Below the pieces are notes generated by a model. That model did not search any database. It was not told where the DNA came from and saw only the letters and a list, made by a program, of their open reading frames with translations. From an uncultured Alphaproteobacteria bacterium (GTDB taxonomy: Bacteria; Pseudomonadota; Alphaproteobacteria; Rs-D84), in the NCBI GenBank assembly GCA_944389345.1, contig CALXMA010000003.1, forward strand, positions 24,294 to 88,293: 64,000 bases of DNA. Reading direction: 5' to 3'. How positions within the stretch are numbered: the first letter of the stretch is position 1; each line of letters starts with the position of its first letter. Positions 49,779 through 60,380 of the stretch are shown piece after piece. The position numbers were made by a program, and so were the translations under genes.

Positions 49779-50024
49779 TGAACCTGAACGGATATCGGGT
49801 TCGGGACTTCGAAAATCCCTTACAATGTCGGCGTTATGCGTCGTTAATCCAAAATGGCTTACTTATGCCATTTATCCCGACTTTGGTCGGGTTGCCACAG
49901 ACATACAACAGAACACACGTGCGTTCAAAATCTGTGGGGTCATTACATTGTATGATTTTTCGAACTTCCCGACCACCAGGTTTTTGGTGGTTTTTGTTTA
50001 CACACAAACAAAGGGAAACGAAAA
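49779..50024 (+). ncRNA. Structured leader RNA, copy B (NCCA-ended module 49885-49978; terminator 49971-49995)
   Basis: GGTCGGG / CCCGACC + ACCA; clear sequence similarity to copy C and same architecture as copy A. Confidence 0.78.
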
Positions 50025-50633
50025 ATGAAAAAATCATCACTGCTAATCATACCATCGATAATGATGGGAATATTAACAATCCCCAACACGGCATTTGGAT
50101 TAATTACAACCTGTAATCGGGTAGGATGTATGCCATCGGATCCCAGCATCCAAGTCCGGGGCATAAATTGTGCAATGTCAACCGCCACATGTTGGAGCAA
50201 TGGCACCCACAAAACGGGTGTTGAATCATGCACAATCTGCGAAAGTGGATATACCAAGGTATCCAAATCAACGATCCTAAGCTGTGGGAGTGGTACGGTA
50301 ACCGCGACATATAATACATGTTTACCCACCTGTACCACTTCAAATTGTAAAAGCGACACGTCATGGTCGGCCGCGGGCACGGGATATCAAAAAAAGGCGA
50401 ACCGTTCATGTTCCGACAGCACCACATGCAAAACCACATATTCATATCGTTGTGCGGCGGGATATTATGGTTCTTCGTCAAACGGAACATCCGGGTGCAA
50501 TCCATGCCCCAGTGGCGGCACATCATCCGCGGGTACAACATCTGCAACGGGTTGCTATATTCCATCGGGGACCACGGGTTCTGATTCCACGGGTACGTAC
50601 AAATATACATCCAATTGCTATTGGAAGAATTAA
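50025..50633 (+). CDS. Small Cys-rich secreted protein (family S)
   Basis: Signal peptide ILTIPNTAFG; C-terminal CYIPSGTTGSDSTGTYKYTSNCYW. Confidence 0.85.
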   Translation: MKKSSLLIIPSIMMGILTIPNTAFGLITTCNRVGCMPSDPSIQVRGINCAMSTATCWSNGTHKTGVESCTICESGYTKVSKSTILSCGSGTVTATYNTCLPTCTTSNCKSDTSWSAAGTGYQKKANRSCSDSTTCKTTYSYRCAAGYYGSSSNGTSGCNPCPSGGTSSAGTTSATGCYIPSGTTGSDSTGTYKYTSNCYWKN

Positions 50634-50647
50634 AACCCCAACTTGCT

Positions 50648-50694
50648 TTTCCCCCAAAAAACATTCCCCCATTTTGGGGGAATGTTTTGTTATT
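50648..50694 (+). terminator. Terminator-containing ~47-bp element, near-identical to 38919..38966
   Basis: tttcccccaaaaaacattcccccattttgggggaatgttttgttatt. Confidence 0.8.
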
Positions 50695-50801
50695 GCAAAA
50701 TACATATGACGTATCGATTACAAAAACAGACGACACCCACGGCCCAACGCCCGGGGTGTCACGTCGGAACAATAAAAACGCCCCATTTGGGGCGCCCATT
50801 A

Positions 50802-51179
50802 TTATTTAATTTTTTCTACATAGTCAACGTCGATTTCGGTTTTGAAAATACCCGCATCAACTTCGCCATATAATTTAACGGTGTCGTTTGGTGTAACGGT
50901 CTGGCCACGCCAATCTTCGTCATCAATTTCAACCGTCACAGAATCTGTTGCATCTTCGAACAGGTATTTATCACCACCCATACGTTGCAAGATTTTACCC
51001 TGCAAAATGACGGGCACATCATCGCGCATTTCTTTGGCCTGTTTTACTGTGGAAATTGTTTCGTTACCACCAACAAAACCGCCACCCATTGGTGCCTGTG
51101 GCTTATTCGGCTGAAAATCGGCCAATGCCGGTCCACATACCAACGCGCACAACGCGGTCATAATTGTAAATTTTTTCAT
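50802..51179 (-). CDS. YgiW/YdeI family periplasmic OB-fold (BOF) protein
   Basis: Signal peptide; GGF.G, DD.PV.LQG.I, Y.F.D, VEIDD and GEVD motifs. Confidence 0.9.
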   Translation of the reverse strand: MKKFTIMTALCALVCGPALADFQPNKPQAPMGGGFVGGNETISTVKQAKEMRDDVPVILQGKILQRMGGDKYLFEDATDSVTVEIDDEDWRGQTVTPNDTVKLYGEVDAGIFKTEIDVDYVEKIK

Positions 51180-51295
51180 GTATCACCCCTTTTGTTCGTT
51201 TACGCATACATAATATCACATTTATCATAAAAAAAGTCTAGGAATTTATTTTTTGTTTCATACAAAAAAACCGCCCCGACATTGGGGCGGTTTAA

Positions 51296-53860
51296 TTACA
51301 TTTCGATATCTTCGCACTTTTCCACAGGCGCAGATTCTTCGCATTTCAATTCATTCTTGGCGCCAATTCCCAAGAATCCTTTTTTAACAATAGACTGGCA
51401 CGATTTTGTAACCGTTGACGTACAGTAATGACACGTACGTGTTTCGCGATTAAACAACGACCACATTTCGCGCGTACCACTGGGCAATTCAACCTTGACA
51501 CGATTAGAACCCAACCCGGTAAAAGAATTGACAAGTTCTGCCGCCTTGGACGTCCCCGCGGTGGTATCTTGGACCGCGACGCCCGATGTTGCCCCAGACG
51601 AACGCCCCGCCCCCTGGACCAGCAAACTGTTATCCAGTCCGGCGCCAACCTCGTAACTGATGGCATACGGCGCGGTCAGTGGCGTATCCACGTCGGTTGC
51701 CCCACCCAACACAGAACCATTTGTTGTCGGCAACATCTGACACATATATTGCGCCAAATCGGTCGATGCGTTTCGCGTTGCTTCGGCCACCGCCGTGTTC
51801 AGTTTTGCGTTATAGTTATCCTGTGCCTGGCGCAATGCCGCCATCGCGATTTGCATTTTCACCTGGTTCAACAGGTTCGGGAACCGCCCCGTTGTTCTTT
51901 CACCCGCATCCCCGGTAATCTGGGACAAATCACGTCCGCTGATACAGAATTGAATTTCCGGATCCTGTTCAATCATTTCGATTGTACGGTTAATGGTACC
52001 CGCAATATTATTCAGTTCTTCTTCGATGGTATCAATAATCGCATCGGCATTCGGGACATCTGCATTTCTTTCACGAATCTGCGCCAGATATTCAGACACA
52101 CCAATTTCGCCCGGTCCCAGATACACGGTATTACCGTCTTCGTCTTCGATTGTGGTACCGGTTGCCCCACCCATTTTAATACTGCCAAAAGAAATCATAC
52201 CTGTGACACGATATATATTGCCATCTTTCTGTGAACGCAAAGAACCCGCACCCATTGTATCGTCTGCGGCGAAACGATTACAATCTGTGGTACTGCCACA
52301 AACTTCGGACATTTTTTGTTCCGTCAACATCTGGCACTGTTCCATCATAGAATTATCGATGTTCAGATACAGCCCCATCAACATTTCATCCAAATCGTCC
52401 ATTGAAAAGTTCGGATTATTCGCCTTGCAAACGACCAAACTGTCAATCGGACAAATTTCATGGATATAGTCATAATCCATACCGATACAGTTTTCAAAAT
52501 TAGCACCACAACGTGTTTCATCGGTAAAGCAATCTTTCACTTCTTGGGTACACGCATCGACCCGCATAGCGGCCAACTTGTCTTCCACATACCCCCAAAT
52601 CAACGGTTCCATACGTTCACACGGATCAATTTCAACCTTGCAGAAACTGCGCGCCATTTCTGGTCTTGACAAACACGCATCCATTGTTGCGATTCCTTTG
52701 CCGGCGATATCATCGCGACACGCGGTTGTTATACAGTCTGAAATTTCTGACAAACAAGACTGACGGAATTTTGATTCCGCCTGGTTTTCAGCAAACCGAA
52801 TGGCGGGCGCGGCTTCGCGCAGGAAATTCGGCCAAACCATATCCCGCACGGCCACACATTGATCCAAAACATTTTCACAAATCGGCCGTTTTGCCTCTAA
52901 CATTTCCAACGTAGACGCCGTTATATCATACACATCAACGGTTTCGACGGTGGTCCCGGCGGTACTGACGGCTTCATTATTCTGCATATTTTCAGATGCA
53001 ATAGTCGCGACACAGTTTTCCCAACCTTCACCGCACGCATCAACACCCTGCATACACGTTCTGAATTCAACCATGCACTGCCCCAGGTCATATTTATTTG
53101 CGGCATTAAAACTTTCCTGGTATGCGGCACGCACGGCGGCCTCGGCCGATGCCAATTGATTTTCCGCCTCGCCCCGCTTAGACGCCAAAGAATTTTTATA
53201 TCCCAAACAATCAGATGTAATTTGTCGTGAATATAATTGACGCAAGAATTCTATATCACCCGCACAAGAATCCGGGACCTGGGCCACGCACATATTATCG
53301 GCGGCCACATATAAATCATCGCCGACCAAATCACCCATATTCGATACAGAATTTTCGCCAAAAACATCATCTTCCATATCGTATATGCTGGTATTAAATA
53401 TTTCCAACAAACTGGCGCGACGCTGTTCTCGTTCCTCTTCTGGGGTCAGTTCATCCACATCAATAATATTTCCATCTTCGTCATATCGACGTTGACCGGT
53501 AAAGACAATATCTGCATCGGCACCGGCCTGGACGCGTTCCACACCTTCGGTCATCAATTTATTCGCATTGTCCAATATTTCTTGGATTTCGGCCAGTTCT
53601 TTATCATATTCAATACTGTCATCACTGCACGTGCATGCGCCGCCACTGGTATTATCAGTTATACAGAATTGATCCATACATCCAAAATACGCGTCATAGC
53701 ACGCCTGGTCATACAACCCCGTTGCCTGGATACGTGTTCGTACGGTGGTTCCCTGTTGAATTGCCGACTGTCGCCCGGACGTGGTCAGCCCATAAGAATC
53801 CAGCGCGCACACAACCGCCCCCAGTGCCACCGTACAACCAAGAACCGTTTTAAGTTTCAT
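51296..53860 (-). CDS. Large Cys-rich secreted protein (family L)
   Basis: Signal peptide; CYDAYFGCMDQFC...GACTCS motif. Confidence 0.85.
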   Translation of the reverse strand: MKLKTVLGCTVALGAVVCALDSYGLTTSGRQSAIQQGTTVRTRIQATGLYDQACYDAYFGCMDQFCITDNTSGGACTCSDDSIEYDKELAEIQEILDNANKLMTEGVERVQAGADADIVFTGQRRYDEDGNIIDVDELTPEEEREQRRASLLEIFNTSIYDMEDDVFGENSVSNMGDLVGDDLYVAADNMCVAQVPDSCAGDIEFLRQLYSRQITSDCLGYKNSLASKRGEAENQLASAEAAVRAAYQESFNAANKYDLGQCMVEFRTCMQGVDACGEGWENCVATIASENMQNNEAVSTAGTTVETVDVYDITASTLEMLEAKRPICENVLDQCVAVRDMVWPNFLREAAPAIRFAENQAESKFRQSCLSEISDCITTACRDDIAGKGIATMDACLSRPEMARSFCKVEIDPCERMEPLIWGYVEDKLAAMRVDACTQEVKDCFTDETRCGANFENCIGMDYDYIHEICPIDSLVVCKANNPNFSMDDLDEMLMGLYLNIDNSMMEQCQMLTEQKMSEVCGSTTDCNRFAADDTMGAGSLRSQKDGNIYRVTGMISFGSIKMGGATGTTIEDEDGNTVYLGPGEIGVSEYLAQIRERNADVPNADAIIDTIEEELNNIAGTINRTIEMIEQDPEIQFCISGRDLSQITGDAGERTTGRFPNLLNQVKMQIAMAALRQAQDNYNAKLNTAVAEATRNASTDLAQYMCQMLPTTNGSVLGGATDVDTPLTAPYAISYEVGAGLDNSLLVQGAGRSSGATSGVAVQDTTAGTSKAAELVNSFTGLGSNRVKVELPSGTREMWSLFNRETRTCHYCTSTVTKSCQSIVKKGFLGIGAKNELKCEESAPVEKCEDIEM

Positions 53861-53886
53861 ACCATTCCCCCGCGTAATCACACACA

Positions 53887-56067
53887 TTACATATTAATGT
53901 CTTCGCAACTTTCAATTTCCTGACAGAATTCCTGTTCGCCACCGGCACTGCGTCCTGCAAAGAATCCGCCAACCGCACCAACGACGGCACCAATTGCGGT
54001 TCCCCAACCCGGCGACACCATTGTCCCCGCAGACGCACCGGCCGCCAAACCACCTGCGGCACCCTGGGCCCCGGCGGCACCCTTAGACTGCCCACCGACT
54101 TCGCACACCTGTTGCATACGACAAACGTGGCAATTACGCAACGCCGGTTCAAAGGATACACTGCGTATATAACTATAATTTTTACTGGACTTATCCGGTG
54201 TTTCAACCTGATACATGTTATAGCAGTTTTCTTCCGCTTCTTCCAAACTTTGCTGGCGCGACAGTTCCGCAATCTTAGATTCTAATTCACGCATAGCACG
54301 ATTTTCGGCATTAATTTGCGCAATCATTTTGGCACTGTTAAACACGCTGTCCCCCAGACTGCGTCTGTCCGCGGGCTTTTGCGTATCCATACACGCGGCC
54401 ACGGTTTTATCCTGTTCAAATTGTTCAAAGAATTCATCAACTGTACTTTCCATATTGGAACGCACGGTTTCACGCAACAGCGCCAGTTCTTCTTGTGTAT
54501 CGGGCACTTCGACCAGCGATGCAATCTGGGTATCTGTCGGCAGACAAGACATATCTGTCCCACAAACCGCACCCAATTGTTCACTAAAATAATTCAAACA
54601 GCCCTGCAACATCTGATAATCCATCTGCAACAACACGGCTTGGACAATGATATCGAATTGCGGTTCGTTTTTGCACGATGGGAACATGCTCTGTGGGCAC
54701 AGTTCCGCGATTTCGACCGCGCTTTTTCCAACACATTCTGGCGCGGTAAAGTTATCACCGCATCTACTGCGCATACATTGGTCAATATCATTCTGACAGA
54801 ATTGTGTTTGCAAATATCCCAATTTGTCATTAACCGCCGTTTTAATTCCCGGTATCATTTCTTCGCATTCGTCGATAACTGGACAAACACCCGCCGCAAC
54901 ATTAACGTCGGTCAAACACGCAGAATTGGTTTCTGGCGAACAACTGTCTTCCAGACACAACTGAATCCGCGCCAAACATGTCGCACGTGCATTTCTGTCG
55001 GCATATTTGGCCGCATCGACCAAGATAGATTCGGCCTCGGCCTCCCAGTCTTGCAACACATATTCACGCACGGCCATACATTGATCCAAAACATTTTCGC
55101 ACGCATTCGCACGACGATTTAACAAATCCGCATCCAAACAGTTTTCAAAATTCACACCACAACCGCCCTTGTCTGCGATACAAGACCGATACGCCAACAA
55201 ACATTCACCGCGATTATATTTGTTTGTCGTATCTAACATTTCCAAACGCGCCTGACGAACGGCGGCCTCGGCCGTGCGCTTGTTTTGTTCCGCAATGGAT
55301 TTCTGATCTGCCAAATACGTTTCAAATGTTTTACAGTCTTGAACAATCTGGCGCGCATACAGCATTTCTTCCATTTCGGCATCATCACCACAAGATTTCA
55401 ATCTGTCGGCACAATATTCCGCCGCCATTGCGTACAGGTTATCGCCAATATCATAATCCGCCCCCAAACCATCGGACACATCGTTGCCACTGTTAATCCA
55501 TTCGGTAAAACTTATACCCGACACACGTGAACTTTTCTGTGCTTCTTCACTTTCGCCAAAGACCAAACGCGCCTGTGCCCCCAGTTGTTCACGTTCAACA
55601 CCCTCGGTATACAACAGGTCTGCCTCGTTTTGAATTTTCTGAATTTCTTGAATTAATGATTTTGCCTGATTTATATTAGACGAACACGCACAGCGTCCAC
55701 CCTCGGTTTCATCCAGCAAACAGAATTCATCCATACACGCCCGATACGCATCGCGACAAGACTGTGAAACAATCGCACCGGTTTCACCATCACCACCGTC
55801 ATCTTTGACATCGTCATCATCCGCATTATCCGGCGTCGTTGTTGTTCCGCCACCCGACACAGATGTCGACCCACCACCCGGTTTTATCGACAATGTCGGC
55901 ATAGACGCAGTATTACTGTCTGACAAATCCACCGACATATTCCCGGAATGCAACCCGGCCTGGGCCACACGATTCACCCCCACGCGCACGGTTCCCGACG
56001 TTCTGTCCACACCGAACGCGACACCTGGGCAAACGGCCAACAATGCAAAAAAGAATCCTAGTTTCAT
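53887..56067 (-). CDS. Large Cys-rich secreted protein (family L) with C-terminal glycine zipper
   Basis: Signal peptide; CRDAYRACMDEFC...RCACSS; GAAGGLAAGASAGT..PGWGTAIGAVVGAVGG. Confidence 0.85.
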   Translation of the reverse strand: MKLGFFFALLAVCPGVAFGVDRTSGTVRVGVNRVAQAGLHSGNMSVDLSDSNTASMPTLSIKPGGGSTSVSGGGTTTTPDNADDDDVKDDGGDGETGAIVSQSCRDAYRACMDEFCLLDETEGGRCACSSNINQAKSLIQEIQKIQNEADLLYTEGVEREQLGAQARLVFGESEEAQKSSRVSGISFTEWINSGNDVSDGLGADYDIGDNLYAMAAEYCADRLKSCGDDAEMEEMLYARQIVQDCKTFETYLADQKSIAEQNKRTAEAAVRQARLEMLDTTNKYNRGECLLAYRSCIADKGGCGVNFENCLDADLLNRRANACENVLDQCMAVREYVLQDWEAEAESILVDAAKYADRNARATCLARIQLCLEDSCSPETNSACLTDVNVAAGVCPVIDECEEMIPGIKTAVNDKLGYLQTQFCQNDIDQCMRSRCGDNFTAPECVGKSAVEIAELCPQSMFPSCKNEPQFDIIVQAVLLQMDYQMLQGCLNYFSEQLGAVCGTDMSCLPTDTQIASLVEVPDTQEELALLRETVRSNMESTVDEFFEQFEQDKTVAACMDTQKPADRRSLGDSVFNSAKMIAQINAENRAMRELESKIAELSRQQSLEEAEENCYNMYQVETPDKSSKNYSYIRSVSFEPALRNCHVCRMQQVCEVGGQSKGAAGAQGAAGGLAAGASAGTMVSPGWGTAIGAVVGAVGGFFAGRSAGGEQEFCQEIESCEDINM

Positions 56068-56214
56068 GAAACCCACCCTACATAATTTATATATAATTTT
56101 ATCAAATGCGCCCCATCGGTGCAAGCAGATATAAAAATATCTTGCAATTTTTTTGATAACGCCATATTATTACACCTGAATTTTTTTCAGTTAATACAAC
56201 AACGGAATATATGT

Positions 56215-56460
56215 ATGGCAAAAGATGATGTAATCGTTTTTTCTGGCACGGTCGAAGATAAATTACCGAACACTATGTTTCGGGTACGCTTGGAAAACGG
56301 CCACGAAATTTTGGCGACTGTTTGTGGCAAAATGCGCAAGGCACGCATTTGGGTAAACGTCGGCGAACGCGTACGCGTTGAAATGACCCCATATGATTTG
56401 GACAAGGGACGCATAACATTCGTTGAACGCAACCGCCCATCCACGGAACAGCAACAGTAA
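56215..56460 (+). CDS. infA: Translation initiation factor IF-1
   Basis: MAKDDVI...[13 protein letters not shown]...GKMR...[12 protein letters not shown]. Confidence 0.97.
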   Translation: MAKDDVIVFSGTVEDKLPNTMFRVRLENGHEILATVCGKMRKARIWVNVGERVRVEMTPYDLDKGRITFVERNRPSTEQQQ

Positions 56461-56575
56461 TCAAAAAAATCCGCCAACGGCGGATTTTTATCAATATATT
56501 TTTGCCCCAATATGGATAAATAACACTTTCCAATACGGCATATTTTTGTTATCATTTACCTGTATAAAACGGGAA

Positions 56576-59176
56576 ATGAGGAATTTTTTTATTTTCATCA
56601 TTGCGTGTTTAATCGGCATCGCAAATGCCGATGGTGCCGTACGTGATTCAGACGCCGTTTCCCGTGGCGGGAAATCTGCCACCGACACAAATACAATCAT
56701 TGCCCGCACGACAACGGTTGTCCCAACCACCCGAACATCCGAACGCGCACTGGGTTCGCGCGAAGCGACAACGTCCGGTGGACGTGGAACAAACATTGTA
56801 TCGCGTGGCGACAATATATCACGTGGTGCGAACCGCACCGCAACAGACACCACCGTTGCCCGTTCGGCGCGCACCACAACAACCCCACAAACGACCACAT
56901 CTGGGCGCAGTGCGACAAAAACCGTTTCCCGAACATCAAATATGTCGCGCGCATCGGCAACAAATACGGTTGCACGTTCTGCCCGCGCGACCAGTGTTGC
57001 CCCCGTATCTGTAACGAATACATTTGGCACAGATTATAATACATGCCGTAATGCGTACTTTACATGCATGGACCAATTTTGCGCCACCGCGAACGACCAA
57101 TATCGCAGATGTGTGTGCTCGTCGCGCCTGACAGATATCCAAGAACGCGAACGCGCCCTGTCACAAACGGCGGGCCAAATCCAAGATTTCAAAGATTTGA
57201 ATATAGAGGTTATACCAAAAACCGCCGAAGAAGTGCACGCCATGCTGAACGCAACCGAAGGTGAATTGGCCATCATCGAAGATAAATCTGCATCGGCCCA
57301 ACAATTGGCAGGCATCAGCGAGGTTTTATCATCCGCCAAGCACCAGGCGTTAAACACACTGGGGACACTGGACATTGCAGGCGACATCAATCAAATATGG
57401 GCAACAACAGATTTGGCATCTGGGGCAAATATATCAAACCTGACTGGCGAAGCGTTATATAACGCCGTCCACGCCCAATGCGTTGAATTAATTTCCGCCC
57501 AATGTCCATCCAGTGCGACACTGAACATGGTCGTATCTGCGTACGGCATGTACATAGAAAATGATTGCACAACATTGTACAATGCCCTGGATACCCAGTT
57601 GAACCAGGCGAACAGCACAATACGCGAAACAGAACGTGAAATGAATACGGCGCGTCTGGACAACTATAACGCCCACAATTCAACATCTATCAACGATTGT
57701 ATTGCCCAGGTACGCGCCGACATCACCGCGGACACTGCATGCGGTACAGATTATGTTCATTGCCTGGACGTAACGGGCCAGTACTTAAATCGTGATACTG
57801 GCGAACCCATATATACACCTAATTTCTATCAATTGGCGAACCAGGTTTCACTCGAAGGCGACGTCCTGACCAATCCAACAAACCGAATGATTGTTGCGGA
57901 ATTAAACAGCAAGCGTATCTATGCAGAACGCGGTTTGGAAACATGTCGCGACATTGCGAACGACGTCTGGGACGAATTCCTGCGCCAGGCGATTGCCGAA
58001 ATATACCAAGGCCAACAGGAAAAAATCCGTACCGTCAAGAACGAATGCCTGGACGTGGTCAACGCCTGCTATGATGAGCAGAGTGAATCGTTAAAAGATT
58101 TTAGCAATATCAAAGAAGAATTATTGGCGGGTTCACGTCTGGAATTATCCGAAGAATTATGCGAAGAAAAACTGTACGCGTGCAGTAATTTATACGGCGA
58201 CCCCAATGGCGAAGGTCTGGAATTATTAATAACCGCAATGCACGACATCACAGATCAAAAGATTGCCAAAGAATGCAAGGCATTATTAGAGGCCTTTGCG
58301 GTTGACACCTGCTCTACGCCCAGCAACGACAGTTTACACGCATATCCGTACGCGTGCCGTGTTTACGCGCCTGGTGAACAAAAGTATGCAACCAATTGGT
58401 TCTGTAATCAATTGCAATGGGAAAACACATCCGGTGGTGCGGGTTCCGGGATTATTCCGGGTGGCGGTGGTGGTGGCGGTTCATCCACCAACGGATACGT
58501 ATGCCCAGAATCAATTATGTACACATCATGCCGTGCGGGATACTTTATGGCGATATACGATTCAAACCGTGGCGGTTACGCATACAACGGCACACCAACG
58601 GCGGGCAATTCGTGTCAACCATGTCCCGCGGGTTCCAAATGTCCTGGTGGCACCGAAGCCCCCGAAGGTGGCGATTTCTCGCCAACGGATACAAATTGTG
58701 GTCCCGACTATGCGGGCAGTCTGTATCAGCGTATGGTTAAATACGCGACCCAGGTCTGTGTACGTCCATCTTATTACGATGCGATTATGACGGGTGAAAT
58801 GGATATTCCGATGACGGTATTGCAAGACGTCAACGTGGTAATGGATTCCATACGTGTTGACATGGCCAAGGCCCTGTCTGCGGAATGCGACAGATTGGGT
58901 GGCCAATGGGTTGACACCCAATGGTTGGACGTTATGGAAAACACCGACACGAACGGCAACGGGACACTGGACAATATATCCGATAATGTACACGACAAAA
59001 CAGATCACGTATTGTTCAAATATTTCTATGATGAAACTGGTGCAAATACCAAATGGGGATTCTGTGCGGAAATCCCGACCGACGAAGAAGAAGCAACAGA
59101 AAAAGAGGAAGAAGAAGGCGAAGGCGAAAGCGAAGGCGAAAATTCCGGCGAAGAATCTGGTGGTGAAACGACGTGA
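56576..59176 (+). CDS. Large Cys-rich secreted protein (family L) with T/R/S-rich N-terminus and acidic tail
   Basis: Signal peptide; CRNAYFTCMDQFC...RCVCSS; most similar to 17812..20982. Confidence 0.85.
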   Translation: MRNFFIFIIACLIGIANADGAVRDSDAVSRGGKSATDTNTIIARTTTVVPTTRTSERALGSREATTSGGRGTNIVSRGDNISRGANRTATDTTVARSARTTTTPQTTTSGRSATKTVSRTSNMSRASATNTVARSARATSVAPVSVTNTFGTDYNTCRNAYFTCMDQFCATANDQYRRCVCSSRLTDIQERERALSQTAGQIQDFKDLNIEVIPKTAEEVHAMLNATEGELAIIEDKSASAQQLAGISEVLSSAKHQALNTLGTLDIAGDINQIWATTDLASGANISNLTGEALYNAVHAQCVELISAQCPSSATLNMVVSAYGMYIENDCTTLYNALDTQLNQANSTIRETEREMNTARLDNYNAHNSTSINDCIAQVRADITADTACGTDYVHCLDVTGQYLNRDTGEPIYTPNFYQLANQVSLEGDVLTNPTNRMIVAELNSKRIYAERGLETCRDIANDVWDEFLRQAIAEIYQGQQEKIRTVKNECLDVVNACYDEQSESLKDFSNIKEELLAGSRLELSEELCEEKLYACSNLYGDPNGEGLELLITAMHDITDQKIAKECKALLEAFAVDTCSTPSNDSLHAYPYACRVYAPGEQKYATNWFCNQLQWENTSGGAGSGIIPGGGGGGGSSTNGYVCPESIMYTSCRAGYFMAIYDSNRGGYAYNGTPTAGNSCQPCPAGSKCPGGTEAPEGGDFSPTDTNCGPDYAGSLYQRMVKYATQVCVRPSYYDAIMTGEMDIPMTVLQDVNVVMDSIRVDMAKALSAECDRLGGQWVDTQWLDVMENTDTNGNGTLDNISDNVHDKTDHVLFKYFYDETGANTKWGFCAEIPTDEEEATEKEEEEGEGESEGENSGEESGGETT

Positions 59177-59255
59177 TATCTGGCGCCAAATAATGAATAT
59201 GTTATCTTGCCTTGGATAAAAATTTTTGTTAAAATTAAGAAAACGAGAGAAGAAA

Positions 59256-59975
59256 ATGAAAAAAATATTCGCTGTTTCTGTTATGTGTTTAATGTTTGCG
59301 CCATCGGCGTTTTCTGCGGTTCCATGGTGGGAACAACCGACGATATGTAAATTGGATCCAACGGATTGTTATTCGACAATGGGCGCCGGCTATGATGGCG
59401 AGGCATGGGATTCCGAAACTGGATGTTGGGGCATGAAATACATCTGTCCTGAGGCGTTAAAGACCCCTGGTTCATATCAACCCGTGCTGATGGGACGCCA
59501 AGAAATTGCCAGTGGTAACAAGATTAACATAGACTATGACACAAACATTTTGAACGGCGATTGTTTTGGTGTTCGCAAGACGACCGATAATGGCGCGATG
59601 GCATCTGTTAACGGCGAATATGTGCGTGTATGGTGCAACGGCGTTCTGGACAATCCGGACCCGGACAATTATCTGCCAAATGGCGAATTGCCAGAAAACG
59701 GTCGCGAACCAACATGTTCGGAATTGGCACGCAACGGATTTATGGCGACCCAGGCGGGTAAATGCTTTGGTAAATATTACGATCCTATGAAATATAAGAT
59801 TGAATGTGGCGACCCGAATTCTATTTTTGCAACAAACATATTGGAATTGAATGGCGCGGATCCATCGTATACGTACGCGAATGCCCCCACAACGGCGGAT
59901 GACGCGGACGACATATTCGACCGGATGCAGGAAAAATCCGCGTCCCAGCGCAAGATATATTTCCAAGACGATTAA
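59256..59975 (+). CDS. Cys-containing secreted hypothetical protein
   Basis: Signal peptide ending AFS/A; multiple cysteines; followed by a hairpin and T run. Confidence 0.75.
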   Translation: MKKIFAVSVMCLMFAPSAFSAVPWWEQPTICKLDPTDCYSTMGAGYDGEAWDSETGCWGMKYICPEALKTPGSYQPVLMGRQEIASGNKINIDYDTNILNGDCFGVRKTTDNGAMASVNGEYVRVWCNGVLDNPDPDNYLPNGELPENGREPTCSELARNGFMATQAGKCFGKYYDPMKYKIECGDPNSIFATNILELNGADPSYTYANAPTTADDADDIFDRMQEKSASQRKIYFQDD

Positions 59976-60113
59976 CACGATATAACAAACATCCCGCGTA
60001 ATGCGGGATGTTTTTTTCCTGTATTGTAAAAACACGGAAATGTGCACATGCACACGTTCATTACATGTACCTGTGTCGGGTGTGAAAAACCGTAAATACA
60101 AATTGTTATCGCA

Positions 60114-60380
60114 TCAGTAATAGCAATTACCAGAATACGTGTACGACCCGGATCCATCGGACCCAGATGTCCCGGACGGTATATAGCAACCACTGATGCC
60201 GGACGTACCGCCATCGGACGCACTGCCGGGCGACGGACACGTCGCGCAATCGCCACTTGCCAGGTAATATCCCGAATTACATGATGAATACGTTTTTGTT
60301 GTTGCCGTACATGCACCGTACGCAACATTTGCCACGCCACACATTGCAACGATGGCAGAAAACAAGAATAACTTTCTCAT
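60114..60380 (-). CDS. Minimal Cys-rich secreted protein (family S, 88 aa)
   Basis: Signal peptide MRKLFLF...AYG; C-terminal CYIPSGTSGSDGSGSYTYSGNCYY; ATGA overlap with the upstream gene. Confidence 0.82.
   Translation of the reverse strand: MRKLFLFSAIVAMCGVANVAYGACTATTKTYSSCNSGYYLASGDCATCPSPGSASDGGTSGISGCYIPSGTSGSDGSGSYTYSGNCYY

Noticed and set aside
38378-60380. Diversity-generating retroelement acting on family S genes
   Set aside because: No reverse transcriptase in the window; differences between the shared 3' regions are mostly synonymous and not adenine-specific
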